Positions 1-14,033 of a stretch of DNA of 64,000 nt are shown one piece after another (the first letter of the stretch is position 1; every line of letters starts with the position of its first letter). Origin of the DNA: Chrysomallon squamiferum (taxonomy: Eukaryota; Animalia; Mollusca). Position numbers and translations under genes: made by a program. Location of the stretch: the NCBI GenBank assembly GCA_012295275.1, contig CM022673.1, positions 21,948,001 to 22,012,000 on the forward strand, in the 5' to 3' direction. Below the pieces are notes generated by a model, which did not search any database, was not told the DNA's origin, and was given only the letters and a program-made list of their open reading frames with translations.

Positions 1-1269
1 TAGGAAAAATTTCATTTTGTTTTTGAAATTATGCAAGTAAAATTAAATATAATTGAGCAAAGACATACAAATTTGATTTCAGCTTCACAGCATTTATTCA
101 GTTTTGAAGCCAATTCATCATGGCCTGTCTTTCAAAGGCACACAAGAAAATCACACTTGCAACACCTTGGTGAAAATGATAAAATTTGTATGTAATTGGA
201 AAACTTCCAATTTAACCATGGCTTACCAGAAGACATGCTGAAATTTAAATTCTAAAACTTTTTATAATAATATTATCAAGAACAATTTTACAACAATGTG
301 AACCCAATTATATTTCAACCTTCAGAGGAAGGCTTGTTTTTGATCAAAATAAATGTGATATGTTTTACAAGTAAATGGAGAAATGAGAAAACCCAAATGA
401 ATGGCATGATATCAAATACTGTGCTGCTGTTTTGTAAGCTGCACAGTAAAAAAGGGTGCAATCTGCGTTCTATTTCACTGGGTCATTCCTGGGGCCTCAA
501 CTCTCCCTCCCTCAAACATAAAACACCCCAAACAATGAAGCATTCCGTCATCATCATTCTGCACATCATCAACACCGGTTCTGTCACAGCAAAGTCAAAG
601 ACAACCTTCAATCACAACTAAGGCTGCATAACATTATTAAATGATGTCTTGGGCACTGTTAAATTCTTCCCCCCAAATAAAACTGTGTCGAACAACCCAC
701 CCATAATTATCAAAAACAAACTCATCATCAAAGCACCAGCTTCAGATTTTAAAAATGAAATTTTATATTTCAAGTTACTCCCCATAAGCCAAAATATAGT
801 TTATAAGTGCGACAAGAATACAAAGTCAATTCAATAATTAGAAAATCAATATATTTTGATTATTACAAAACAGTAACCATATTAACCTTTTTAAAAATTA
901 TTTTTTTTTTAATGTACAATTTGTATCAATTTTCTTAAAAATATAAATTATACAAAAACTATCAGAAAAAATTCATTAATCATATATAGAATCATATAAA
1001 AAAGAAAAAAAAAGGATCAAATGTGATTCTGAAATATTAGTTTACAATATAATACACATGTGCCAGAGATATTATTTAACAAAATTATGTTGGTCTTACA
1101 AACAATGACTGGTCCCTACTCTGCAGTCACACAACACATTTTTGTTTTTTTTTGTTTTTGTTAATTTCCACCCTCTACCACACCAGTGTCACACCGTGTT
1201 TTGCTGTACAAATGTGCTGCTGGTAAATATCCAGTCATGACCTTCCCACAATCTTCATTCCACTACCTT

Positions 1270-4200
1270 CTAGTAGTCTAGAAGAAAAACATTTGGATTA
1301 GCACCCATCAGTAATGAAAAAAATGCACAGATTTTGACAGTTTCAAAATCTAAGCTGTTCAAAAGAAAATGTATCAAAAATTAATAAAAACAACCAAGTA
1401 CTGAATTTCGATTTTCATTACTGTTATCTTTTTTTTTTTTAAAAACCATCGGAATTTTTTCAATTCAGTATCAAAATTTCTTTAAAAACTACATACATTT
1501 TCTTAACAGCTTAAGCCAAGAGATCTGCCTTCAAAAGATGAATGTATGTTTGTCAAATGCTGAACTGTGCTTTGAAAAATTCAAAGTGGTGTTAAAGTCA
1601 ACTGGAATGTAACACTGATTGAACTCAGCAGCTATGGGACACACCATTTAGGATATTTATTGCTTATTGTGTTTACAATGGCTGAATCTGCATATCCATA
1701 TCTCTACATAAATGTGAAAATTTATCTCTTATTGATACAGAACACAAAAATATCTTACTTTGACCTTTTTATTTATGAAAAATCCTTTCACACAGAAATA
1801 AACTGATTTTTTTTTAAATTACATAAAATAATAATAGTCTGTGTCCCAAAACTACTGAACAATGTAATGTGCACACTTATCAACTTACATGTTGTTTTTA
1901 AAATATACTTCTACAAATGAGGTTGAATTTAACAGCTGTGAACCAGTTACACTAATAATTAAAGAATGGAGCCGAGGGGTGGAAAGGGCCTGTAACACAG
2001 AAAATTAGCTAAACTTTACTCAACTGAAAGCAAGAACCAATAATCAATGTTTTTGCTTTAGTGTTTGTATTTGTTTTTAAATTACTGTAATCAACTTTCA
2101 TTCTAATGTATTAAACAATGTTAGTTTTTTTTTTTTAAATTATAGCTAATCATTTTACACTTACTAAATATCTAGCTAACAGTAGATTTCACTTGTGAAA
2201 AACACAGATCTATTCTTTCCTGTTAGCATATTTTGTATACCATTTTTTTAAAATAAAATTCTTTTTTTAATAATTACCATATCCTCCTCCACCATAATAT
2301 CCATCCCAATATCCACCTCCACTCCCACGCATGCCTATAAAAAAATAAAAAAATATTATCAGTTCAATTTAAAATACTTATTTAACTATATATATTAAGA
2401 AGAAAAATAAATTCTGTGAGACAAGTAAAAATACATCTCAAAGTTTCAAATAAAAACATCTATCTAGTTTCCATGTAAAACAAGTATCTTAAAGATACTG
2501 TTTTCTTTTAAAGCAAATATGAACTTACCTCCTCCACCACCACGGAATCTTTCAGAAACACCGTAACTATCCCTGTACCCTCCCCTTTGTCGGAAATCTC
2601 CATCATCAGTTTTGGATTGTGCTTTTTTAGCTTCCAGTGTGCGACCATTTATTTTGTGATACTTTTTCACTGAAACAAAAATAATTTTTCTTAATTATTA
2701 AATTCATTTAGTTGGCAATAGGTTTTCTGGTTCAAAAAAAGTATGTGAACAAAGAAAATATTTATTATCTAATGTGTTAATATTTATAAATATATCTTTA
2801 GACTTCATGATAGTCTTGCCAAACTGCAGAGTATGATTTGGGGTTTTTATTATAACACAAAGAAATAAAATGAGAAAAAAAAAAAGTTTCCTGACTGCAA
2901 AATCAAAGATGAAAAACTATGGGTATTTATCTTCAAGAAATTTGTCTTGCTTGCATTTAATGAGTTTTTGAAAACATTAAGCAAGTTTAAGCAGGTTTCC
3001 TTTATAAAGATGTTCACTGAAATCAAATACTCACAAACAGCTTTGTCAACTGGATCATAGTCATCAAATGTGACAAATCCAAAGCCTTTTAGTTTTCCTG
3101 TGCTTCTATCTTTGACGAGATCAATCTGTTTGATGTTTCCATAGTCTTCAAATGCCTCTCTGATCTGTTCTTCTGTAGTGTCATCCTTCATTCCACCAAG
3201 AAACATCTTTGACACAGATTCTGGTGGTGGACCACCTTCCTCCTTTAAAATATTTTTGTTCTTTTAATATATACATATACAAAAGTTTTAATTAAAATGT
3301 TCTTTAACTGTTAATGTAATAAGTTAAAAGCCAGCATCTCAGTTAATCACAAATTCAATCAATTATGGCATCTTAATTGTTTCACACCACAGTTTCTGCC
3401 TTTACACTGAACTTAATCTGTTTTATATAAAAGTTATGACTAATACCTCTTTTGGCATTGCTCTTTTTGAAACAATTTCTCTGCCATCTATTTCATGTGG
3501 TCTTTCACTCTGAGCTTTGTCCAAATCGGCTGCCGTTTTAAAAGTGATGAAACCAAATCCACGAGATCTGCATTGTCAAAGTAATTTTAAACTGAGATTA
3601 TACTTGTAATTTTATAGTTTTTTTAAAAACATATAAATAATTATCAGCAGTTTATTGGTAATAGCTTTTTTTATATATCTGCTAGATGTGCATCAAAAGA
3701 AGCAAAACAAATATATTTCACAAGAACAATATTCAGGATTGATTTTAAAAACATTCTGATACATTACTATTAGAATAAATTCAATATATAACCTGCGCGT
3801 GCTTGGATCTTTTGCAATAGTGCATTTGGATACTTCACACCACTGTTCAAAGTACTTTTTCAATGCCTCCTCTGTTGTGTCATAGTTCAAACCAGCTACA
3901 AAAAGCTTTCGGAACATTTCATTTTCAGGATCCATCAGCTCTTGGTTTTGTCTACCTCTTCCATTTCCTCCATAATCACGCCCACCCCAGCCTCCACCAT
4001 AACTCCCTCCACTCCTGTAGCCTCCCCCACCCCCTCCTCCATATTTGCCTCCACGACTGTAACCTCCACCACCATAGCCTCCTCGACCTCCGTATGAGCC
4101 ACCTCCCCCATACTGACCACCACTGCCATATCCTCCGTAACCATACTGAAATAAAATAAATTTGTGTAAAAAAAAAAGTGGTGTGAACTGTTAAAAATGT

Positions 4201-4721
4201 CAATTATTCCGAGACTTTACTGTGTTTGCTCGTAAAATTTACATTTGAGATCACTTTTTTATTTTCACGTTAACAATTTATATTAACTTTTATTTTTCCA
4301 TTTCTTGAAATCTACTTTCTTTACAATTACTACAAAAACTATAGCCCTTAAGTTAGTGAAATATGAGAGGATATTATTACATCGGATCCATAACAAAAGA
4401 ACACCGGCAAATAAAACGTGCATTTACTGTTGGCGTCCAACCAACCACAAAGAAATATTAAAATATATGCACAAATATTATGTTGGATGAAAACATTATG
4501 TGTTTATTTAATTGTTTAACTTCATTCTTACTAAATCATAAAAGGTAATATCGAATCTATACATTCTTCGCTTTGTTTCCTTACAAAGAAGCCATTTTTT
4601 ACCGGCAACGGTTTTGTATTTTTGCGCCGCGTGACAAATACATGAAAAAAAAATATATAGTCTGCTTCCATCAAGAAAATAATAGTCTTTGGTTCAATAT
4701 ATATATACTTACATCGTTCAT
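1270..4721 (-). CDS. HNRNPA1: Heterogeneous nuclear ribonucleoprotein A/B family protein (2 RRMs, Gly/Tyr-rich regions), ~298 aa
   Basis: Exons (minus): 4713-4721 (ATG AAC GAT|gtaagt), 3793-4145, 3447-3567, 3035-3242, 2529-2669, 2278-2334, 1270-1277 (G|AC TAC TAG). Sum 897 nt, all GT-AG with consistent phases. Motifs: RKLFVAGL, RSRGFGFITF, RPHEIDGREIVSKRAMPKE, KMFLGGMK, KGFGFVTFDDYDPVDKAV, KYHKINGRTLEAKKA, all typical of hnRNP A1/A2B1/A3. The symbol is family-level; exact orthology is not determinable here. Confidence 0.9.
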
Positions 4722-4819
4722 TATGGTTATATCAATGAATGAATCAGAAATAGTACTGAAAAGAGATGGTGAAATCAAGGGGACAACGCGAAGAGTAGCT
4801 TCAGAAAATGCGAAAAGAA

Positions 4820-4828
4820 TCACGTGAC
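4820..4828. promoter_or_regulatory. Palindromic E-box (TCACGTGAC, USF/MiT-TFE type) about 100 bp upstream of the hnRNP start codon
   Basis: Motif read directly in a locally CpG-rich stretch (4590-4900) just upstream of exon 1. Function is inferred. Confidence 0.4.
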
Positions 4829-4992
4829 AGGTCTCGCTGTGAACCACAAAGCGCCACTGATCACTAAGATAAAATTTACCGTACACCGTTTGAAAATGTA
4901 AATAATATTACAGTAGTGAAGATTGACACAAAACTGATTTAATTTGCGTGGTTTTAATGACAGTATTTTAAAATCGAAAAGGTGCTCTTTAC

Positions 4993-4994
<2 letters not shown>

Positions 4995-5043
<49 letters not shown>

Positions 5044-5199
5044 TTAATAAATGTAAGAACAAGAATACAATGAATGATTTCGAAAACGGAACACTAACTA
5101 AAATTCATAAATAAAAACTTACTTGCATCTGACATGTACTAGTTAAGATGTAATTATTAATTGATATTAGATGAAGGAACCAGTTTACATAATTACAGC

Positions 5200-5262
<63 letters not shown>
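4995..5262. repeat. Two (ATT)n microsatellites (~4995-5043 and ~5202-5262)
   Basis: Direct reading of tandem ATT units. Confidence 0.9.
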
Positions 5263-6446
5263 TCTTCTGTTATAGAATATAAATCAATTACAACAGATGC
5301 GATATATTTATTCTAATGGAATTTTCACTGTCCATTGCAGTTGTTGGCATTAAACCAGACTGCTGTAAAACAGAAAGTAAAAGAAAAGAAAATTTAAATA
5401 ATAATAATAATAATTTAATAGCTTATTATGTTACAGGCATATTGAAACTCTTTGGTTTAGAGAGGGCCCGAACGGTTTGATTTGTCTGAATCTTTAGACA
5501 GATAAAGCTACAAATACCATTTTCTTATTTGTTGGCCCAAATTGTCCTTAACAAATTGCCCATTCCCGAGTCGTACGTCTATGACTAGCATATCGCAAAT
5601 TTTGGTATTATTGTGTAACTGGCGCAGAAAGTTAAACATATTGAGAGAACACTATTGTTAGAAATACATTTTTAGTGAAGCTGTTTTTATCAATATTACT
5701 ATTTTATTCACTGTATTAATTTTTATAATCACTGATATTTAATTACAAAAATATGTGCAATTTTTTCTGTAACTTAAAACGGCCTACGAATGTTAATTAT
5801 AACCACTGGCTTTATTATTACAATGACCGACACATTGAGATAAATATTTATCGATATAATTATTAATGTATAACAATGTGAAAGTACCAGATTTCGAAAA
5901 CTTAAGAATTACTTCCGTTTAGTTTATTTTACATTTAAAACAAATTATAAAATCCGTACGTTATTCGTTGCGGTTTGTTCAGCACAACTTCAGCATTAGT
6001 ACATTAAATGCACAACCGTTTGTATTTTAAGATCATCATTATAAAAGGAACATAAAAATGTAGAACCTTCGTTGGAAAAATCATTTTCACAGAACATATA
6101 TGAAAAGTCAAAAACAAATCCTGAATTGATATTTTTAATTAAAATATTGTTAGGGAAGCCACCTGTCCTTGTATTAGTAACGTACGTCCAGGGCCCATGA
6201 GAGGGCCATATTTATTATTATAATTCTTTTTTTTTTTTTTAAAACTTTTTTTTTAAAGATTTATATTTCATGTATTTCTTATTATTAATACTTTTTTAAT
6301 TCATTTTATCATTACCTTTTTAATTTAAGTATATATTTTTAATAGGATGATACAGTAAAAGAGCTGACATTTAGTAAAACAACAACAATAATAAACACAG
6401 AAAACTGAACAGAAAAATATCACTTTTTTATTGTTTCTTTTTTAGT

Positions 6447-6477
<31 letters not shown>

Positions 6478-9129
6478 ATTATTGTCCATCAACAAGACAA
6501 CAATCTATAAATACCACAAATATGACAAAACAAACCACCTACCAGTTATAATGTGCACTGTTTGTGTTTTTAATTTCCAAATCAAACACTTTTGTACACC
6601 TAATAAACCATACATTAATACAAGCTGTAATTATCTTACTATATATATAAATAAATTATTAAAAAGAAAAAATCTGGTGTTTATTTACATGTCAAAATTC
6701 ATAAAATGATGTTTTATATGCTATACTGGTTATATTTTATTTTTCAAACATCAAGTTTACACCAAAGAGTTTGATCAGGACATAAGCAACATTGGCAACA
6801 TAAATACATTTTATTTGTTATGACATGTAAAAAAGCACAAGAAATGTTTTCATAAAACTAATGTTAACATTTGACAGTGAATAACTGCATTATTATTATT
6901 ATAGTTTTCTTCTTCATTCTTATTGTTATCATTTATTTATATCATTTATTTATTTATTTATTTATTTATATAGTTTCTTTTATTAACTTTTCATATTGTT
7001 TTGAGGGAGGGTCTGACTTTTTGTTTTTTTGTTTCTTATACAGCATTTGTAGTCAACAATTACAACTTCTGTGAGTAGAACACTAACAATCTGAATATTA
7101 ACCTCAACCAGTTTTGTTTCTGTAATACATTTCATACTTGAGTATGTATTTATTTACACATATATACTATATAAAATTATATAAAGACATCTCTGGACTA
7201 AAAATAAGTGAAATGTATAACTTCTGTTATTCGTTGTTTGTTATTAAAAGAAGCGTTATTGATGACAATTAAACAATAAATTGTTTGAATGAATGGATAT
7301 TTCTGCCAGTGATTCCTCCTAAATATAATAACTGATTTGGACAAATGACTTGGCTCTTGGTTTGTACATTTATGAATAGCTCATAAACAGACATTTATCC
7401 TTAATTACCTATTTATTTATTGCAAGTCATAGTATTACAAATATTATGCATAAAATATATACATGTAAATAATGCATTACAATTATTCAAATGTAAAAAT
7501 CATGCATCATATCAGCTTCTGTTTTAATGATTTGATCTCAAGCAACATCATTACAAAGAAATTATACTTACAAAGTTTCTGTATTGTAAATGCTTTTTGC
7601 TAAAATAAGAAAGAAACGAAGTAAAACAGTCCCTAGATTAAAATTAAAAATAGGATTACAAGTTGAATTTTTTTTTAGAACATCTATGAGTGAACAAACT
7701 GAGAGAAAAACCAGCCTCTTCCATACAGTTAAATAACATTATACCTAAAAAAAAAAAAAAAAAAAAAAAACTGACTTAAAAATACAATAAATTCATACAA
7801 GATGACCACTTGAGTTAATTAAATATTTGCTCAATAACTGGTTACAAAATGAAATACACAAGACAGATTCTTACAAAATGAACATGTAAGTCATATAAAC
7901 ATCACTCAGACCATCAAATCTGTAATGTTTAAATTTATTTTACAGAAAGCATTAATGAGCAATTTGAAGAGAATAGAATATGAAAATGTACTAAATGTAC
8001 AACTGAGTGTTTCTTTTACAAAACATTTCAAAATATTTTCCAAGGTTATTTTAAACTGAACAAATAATGATTGTTTTAAATGCCAAAAATAATACTGTTA
8101 AATGCCATTTGTCAGAAATGACCTAAATATCACAGTATGTCTCAAATATTATAGACAATTTTGTATTTATGATGAAATAACACATTAAAAAACAATGAAA
8201 AAAACACCAGCTGTTCCCTGAAAAATGACAACAGAGTTTGTTAATTTATTAAAAATAATAATAATAAATAAATAAAAAATAAAAATTAAATATGATTTAA
8301 AGCATGAATCTTTACATGCTAATGGTAAGCCAGACTGACTGGTATTTTAACTTTTTCAAACAAAAACAAAAAAGAAATAATATATTAAATTGAAATAATA
8401 GACAGAAGTGTTTTTACAGGTAAAATAATCAATATTATAATGACAAACAGACCACCAATATCAGTATTCAATAAGTATTTGTTTTTAAAATACTAATTTT
8501 TTGACACATCATGTAAATAGTATTAAAGCTATCATGGCACTTGAAACTAAGCACACTTATGGCTGTTTATGTTAGTAAATACAATTTAATGAAGAAGCCA
8601 ATAACAGAAGCTATTTTCATAAACAGAATTAATAATGACTTTAATCAAAAAGCAATTTCAATTTGATGAAGGTTGCTTGCACGCAAAGAAAAATATCTGA
8701 GTTCATTTAACATCTTGCCAGCTTGAAAGTAATGCAGTTAACTGTTAGTTCTTCATTAAAGGTGTTAGTTGGCTACAGAAAGAACATAACTTCAGTTCAA
8801 CCACAAACCAACATTTATCCCAAAAAATACCATCCACATTAAATAAAAAGTGTAATTTAATTTCTGTTCTAAGCATTTATAGTGTTAAATGTTTGTTTGA
8901 AACTGCCACAATACATCAGAAACTGTCATCATAACTATTCCAGCCCAGCCTACAACACTGAAGCACAATACGTGGAAAAAATTTCAGTAACTGATACATG
9001 CTTCATAAATGTTGGAATACTGAACAATACTGACAACAGGTTTTAGAACAGTTCAACATACATGTAAATAGTTTAACAACAAATCTTTGCCTCACAATAA
9101 TATTGTAATTAAAAAGCCAAACATTAGTA

Positions 9130-9173
<44 letters not shown>

Positions 9174-9211
9174 TGATAATAAATAGTAACAATAATGACT
9201 ATTCTAAATGT

Positions 9212-12200
9212 TTATCTTGATTTTTTTAACTTTTCAATGGCTATGGTTGTGCGACTGCCAGGGAAAGGAGAAGGGGTATTCGATGCTAGATAGGGAGAAG
9301 GAGAAGGCATTCTTGCTGAAAAAGCTGAAAAGTAGTCTGCTGCAAATGCTATAACATCAGTTGGTTTCCGTAGTAACAAAAACTGTAAAAAGTCTGCCAG
9401 CAATGCTTTCAACTCAGGGTGGTGACGCATGTACACAGTATGGTCATTTTTCAACTCCTCCTGAAAGAAAACAAAATGTTTATTTTATTTTAAAATATAT
9501 TTTTTTCAAATAAAATATATTCATAAGCTAACTGATGAAACCAGTGCAAGAAGTTGTGAAATACTACCACTTTATAGTGTAATTACATTATTTGAGTAAA
9601 GGTTACTGGATCAGTTTTCCAAAATATTTTCAATGGATTGCTTCTATTCCAACTTGTGGATAAAGACAGAGTATTTAAAGCAGTTTATGATTACCTAGCT
9701 ATTTAAAAGAATACACAAGAAACACCTTTAGTGCTTTCTTTTATTTGTCACACTATCATTGGAAAATCATAATATTTACCTAATAATACAAAAGTCATCT
9801 TCCATATCATTAAACATTATATATTTTTTTTAATTGTTTTTTCTTTTCTATAAGTCTGACATTCAGTAATGATTAACTTAAAATTTTATGTGACCTTACT
9901 CATACACTTATTTCTGGATTACTGAGAACATGAAAACAATGACATTCTATTCAACACAGCTAATGCCTTTTATTTTCTGAAAACGTAAATATTTTGAAAC
10001 TAACCTTTCTGTCAAGAAATTTTGAATACATCTGCATGTCTTCCTCCCAGTTAAGTGGCTGTTTTTCAAATGTTGGCTTTGGTGGCTCTTCATCTAAAAA
10101 GAAAACATAACTATCTTTTATAAATAAATATTTGAAAAAAAAAATAAAAAAGATTAAGTCCAACATTTAAAAAAAACACCAAAAACAACATTCCTGATAT
10201 TTAAAATACAATTCTGAAGAAAAATTAAAATAAAAGAGCCTGAAAAAGACAGAAAAGTCTAAAACATACCTTTCTCAATGAATGCTGGTACTTTTGAAAG
10301 TTTCATTGTTACTGGAGATCCTACCTGAACTCTGTTTGTCAAGTGACTGAAATAAATAAAATAGAAATATAGAAATTACATCAGTTATTTCATCTCATAC
10401 AATACAATACAGAAATTTTAATGTAAGTGGCAGATAAATTTATTTACATTATAATCAATATGTACATTTAGTACATTTATTTTTACAGACTTGCAAATAA
10501 AAATTAGTTCAGTGTCCAGAATAAGCAATCCTTATTTGAAACATCAAAGTCTGAAATTTTAATTTTGTGCCAATGAAACAGCAATGGTTAAGAATATGCA
10601 AACTGTAATTCAGGAATAACATTAGTAAACATAATATATAAAACTACCTGCAGGCTTTGTAGGTTGTATAAGAAAAGTAGACTTGTATATTATTCTCAGG
10701 CTATCTCCATGGATTGCAAAATTGGAAAATGTGAAAACTGAAACATTAACATATTTTTGGCCTGCCCAAGTTAAAAGATAATGAACAAAACAAACCCATC
10801 TGTCATGAAGTAAGACTGCCATGTTGTGGGCAGGTCAACAGCAGAGTTAATCGTTCTCTCTATTCCCAGAACTTTTAGTTCCACTCCTTCTATAGTTTGT
10901 GTCTTTTCATCCAGACTTCGCTTTAAAACAATTTTAGAATATTAAAATAAGAATATATAAAAACAATGCAACGTTTTACAAACAATATTTTCTGTATTTT
11001 AACTGAAGCAAAATATTTCATGATGCATAACTTGCAGGTTTTGAAATCTACATGAATAATAAGTAAAATTAAAAAATACACCAAAAAAATACATACACTG
11101 TATAATAGTATGGGGATTTGTATAGACAATCCATGAGCTACTATGGTTATGTCTTAATGCAAAAATATAATTTATGTTAGTTTTACTTTTCTAAATAAAA
11201 TAAAATTGTTTCTATCATTTTAATATGTACATATATATATATATATATACACACATTATATATATATTGTTTTTTAATTTTTTTTTTAACCTCTACATAA
11301 GTAACACAACATCATTTAAAACCCCAAATTTCTTTTTACACTTTAAGAAAGACATTATAGAGGCATCTTTCTATAGCATATGAAATGAAAAACAACTGTT
11401 ATTTTCACACTATAGAAAACATGATTCAAATGCTTGAGTGTAAATATCATTGTGAAAATTTGTTTTACTAATGCCAGCATTAGATCACTTGAAGTGAAAG
11501 TTTACTTACATATGTTGCATCACACAGGTTTGTGTCCGAGTCAAAAGAAATGAAGTGCATATCATCTTGTAATGGCTTCTGTACAAGCATTCTGTGAAGC
11601 AGCAAGTTTGAGCCTGGTAGAAAAAATACATTTTTTAAAAAGTGTAATTTTAATCTTCTCTAATAATCAAATTTATAAAATTACACAAATATATATAAGT
11701 AAAACAAATAATGAATTGATTTTTGAAGTAGATTGCTTCTGAAAATTAGTGTAATAAATTTTATGATTTAAGTATGGCATATTTAATTTCATGTTGAGTA
11801 AATTATTTTTTGATGATTTCATGAATTTCAGATCAATTATTGGATCAGGTACTTCTCTCGAGTGAAAAATTCAAGTTAGAATTTTTCTAGTATTCCAAAT
11901 TATACCAAACACATATTTAAAAAAAAAAAAAATAGTGATATAAGTAGAAAAATTAATTATAGTAAGTTACAATTCTTCATATTTCACTTTATACTTCCAA
12001 AAATTATACAGCAAGAAATATTAAATTTTAAAAAAAGAAGAAAAAAATTAAGTAATTTACCTTCTGAAATAAAACCAACCATGCTTTCTAGAGTCCATGT
12101 TTTGGAAGTCCTCTGAACATCCTGAAATATTAAAATGAAAAATAAAAATAAAAATATTTTTAAAATTGCTACATATTTAATTAAACAAAAACAAGAACAA

Positions 12201-13991
12201 TTAACAAAAATCTGAAAAACAAATAATTTTTGATAATATCTTTCAAAATTACTTTGAAATAATGATTCTATGAACTCTTTCTTTTTTCTTTTTTTTTGGG
12301 GGGTAGTTAACTTTAAATTACTCACTGCTAACAGTACAGGCACTGTCTATTATTCAAGAATGAAGACACTGAATAAAGATATATTAAAAAAAGAAAGATG
12401 ATAAACACACCTCTCCTTGTGTAATGATCCTGTTGACAGTGTAGCCACTCTCAGTTTTAGTGATACTGGTTTTTCTGTCCAGTGGACAGTTTTGAAGCTA
12501 AAACAAAATGCATATTTTTAAATCACTTTCATTACAAACCTTTACAAAAATTACATAAACATTCAAATTGCCTTTCATAATAAAATTGTAATAATATACA
12601 TTTTATTTGATAATTGAGCAGTTATTTTTTTTGGTTGTTAAATATTTTCTTCAAAAATCTGTTAATACTGAATTTCTATGAGTTACAATTAATTCGTAAA
12701 TAATCAAATCTAATTATTTCCGACTGACTTGTATAAAAGGTCATAAAGAAAGCAGTTAGACTGCAAGATCAAAAATATAATCAAATGTTATCATCACCAA
12801 CCTTAACATACTCATGATGTTGTTGCTCTAATGTTTCTAAGTGCTTCGATACATAACACGTGATAGAGGTTCCACAAGGAACGTTGTCGATAGCACCATG
12901 GCTATTGGCATGGATAAGGAAACAATCTTTGCCTTCATACTTTGCAGGTTGAATGGATACGGAGAACTCTCCTAGTTCTTTCCCTGTATCAGACATAGTG
13001 ACTAAATAGTCACTGAACATCAGATATTTGAAATCTTCTTCAGGATCTGAAAAACATTCAATTACTTTGGCTTTTACCATTTTTTAGCTTTGTATTTTAT
13101 TTCTGTGGAGAATATATTTGTTGTCAATACAATCTAAAATATATGCATCCAATGGTTTACTTTTCATATACAAAATTAAATTATGATTTCCAAAAAAGAA
13201 GGTTCTTAACTATGCTAATAAATAATATATAATGAATTGAGACAATGATTTATTTGTCTTCAAAAATTCAAAAAAAAAAAAAAATTCTTAATAAAAAGCA
13301 TCCCATTAAGTTAATATAAATTGAAAATATTTGTCAATATTATTCATATCACTGATTAAAATTTCTGTAAAGTGCCAAAATAATTTATCCAAACCTTTTT
13401 AAAACATTGGCCTATTATATTGCTTATAGTTAAACATCCTGAGAAAAAATATCAATTATATTGCTTAATGATGTAATTTAAAGATGATAAACAATTTACA
13501 AATATATATACATTATATAAAATTTGTGAAACTTTTTAGTCTTTCCTGAAATAAATCTGATCAAAATATGAAAAATTACAGCTGAATTCCAATATAAACA
13601 ACTATAGAAAAAGCTAGACATATTAAAAGTATAGTAATTATTAATTGTAATTATTATGACAAACCTATATTTTCTATGAATTTCAAGGCATTTTCATCAG
13701 GTGTAGGAAGTGGAGCTGGTTCATTATCTGTCACTGGCTCATTTTCTGTTATCACTGGGTTTTCAACAGTAGATACCTGGTCCACTACCTCTATGCTCTC
13801 AGTATTTGTCTCATTTTCTGTTTGCCCAGAATGTTGAGCACAAACATTATTTTCTGTTGTCTCTGGATTTTCCATATAATCTGACATAGGACCATATTCT
13901 GGTTCAACAACGTCTGTATCAACATCAGGATCATTATCTTTCACTTCTGAATTTTGAACACTATAATTGAATTATGATGCATTATTTTAAT

Positions 13992-14033
<42 letters not shown>

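Noticed and set aside
298-837. Plus-strand ORFs of 107 and 62 aa
   Set aside because: No recognisable motifs or splice chain; they lie antisense to the likely hnRNP 3'UTR.
3863-4203. His-rich (+) and Trp/Arg-rich (-) ORFs in the track
   Set aside because: They are antisense or shifted-frame shadows of the Gly/Tyr-rich hnRNP exon.
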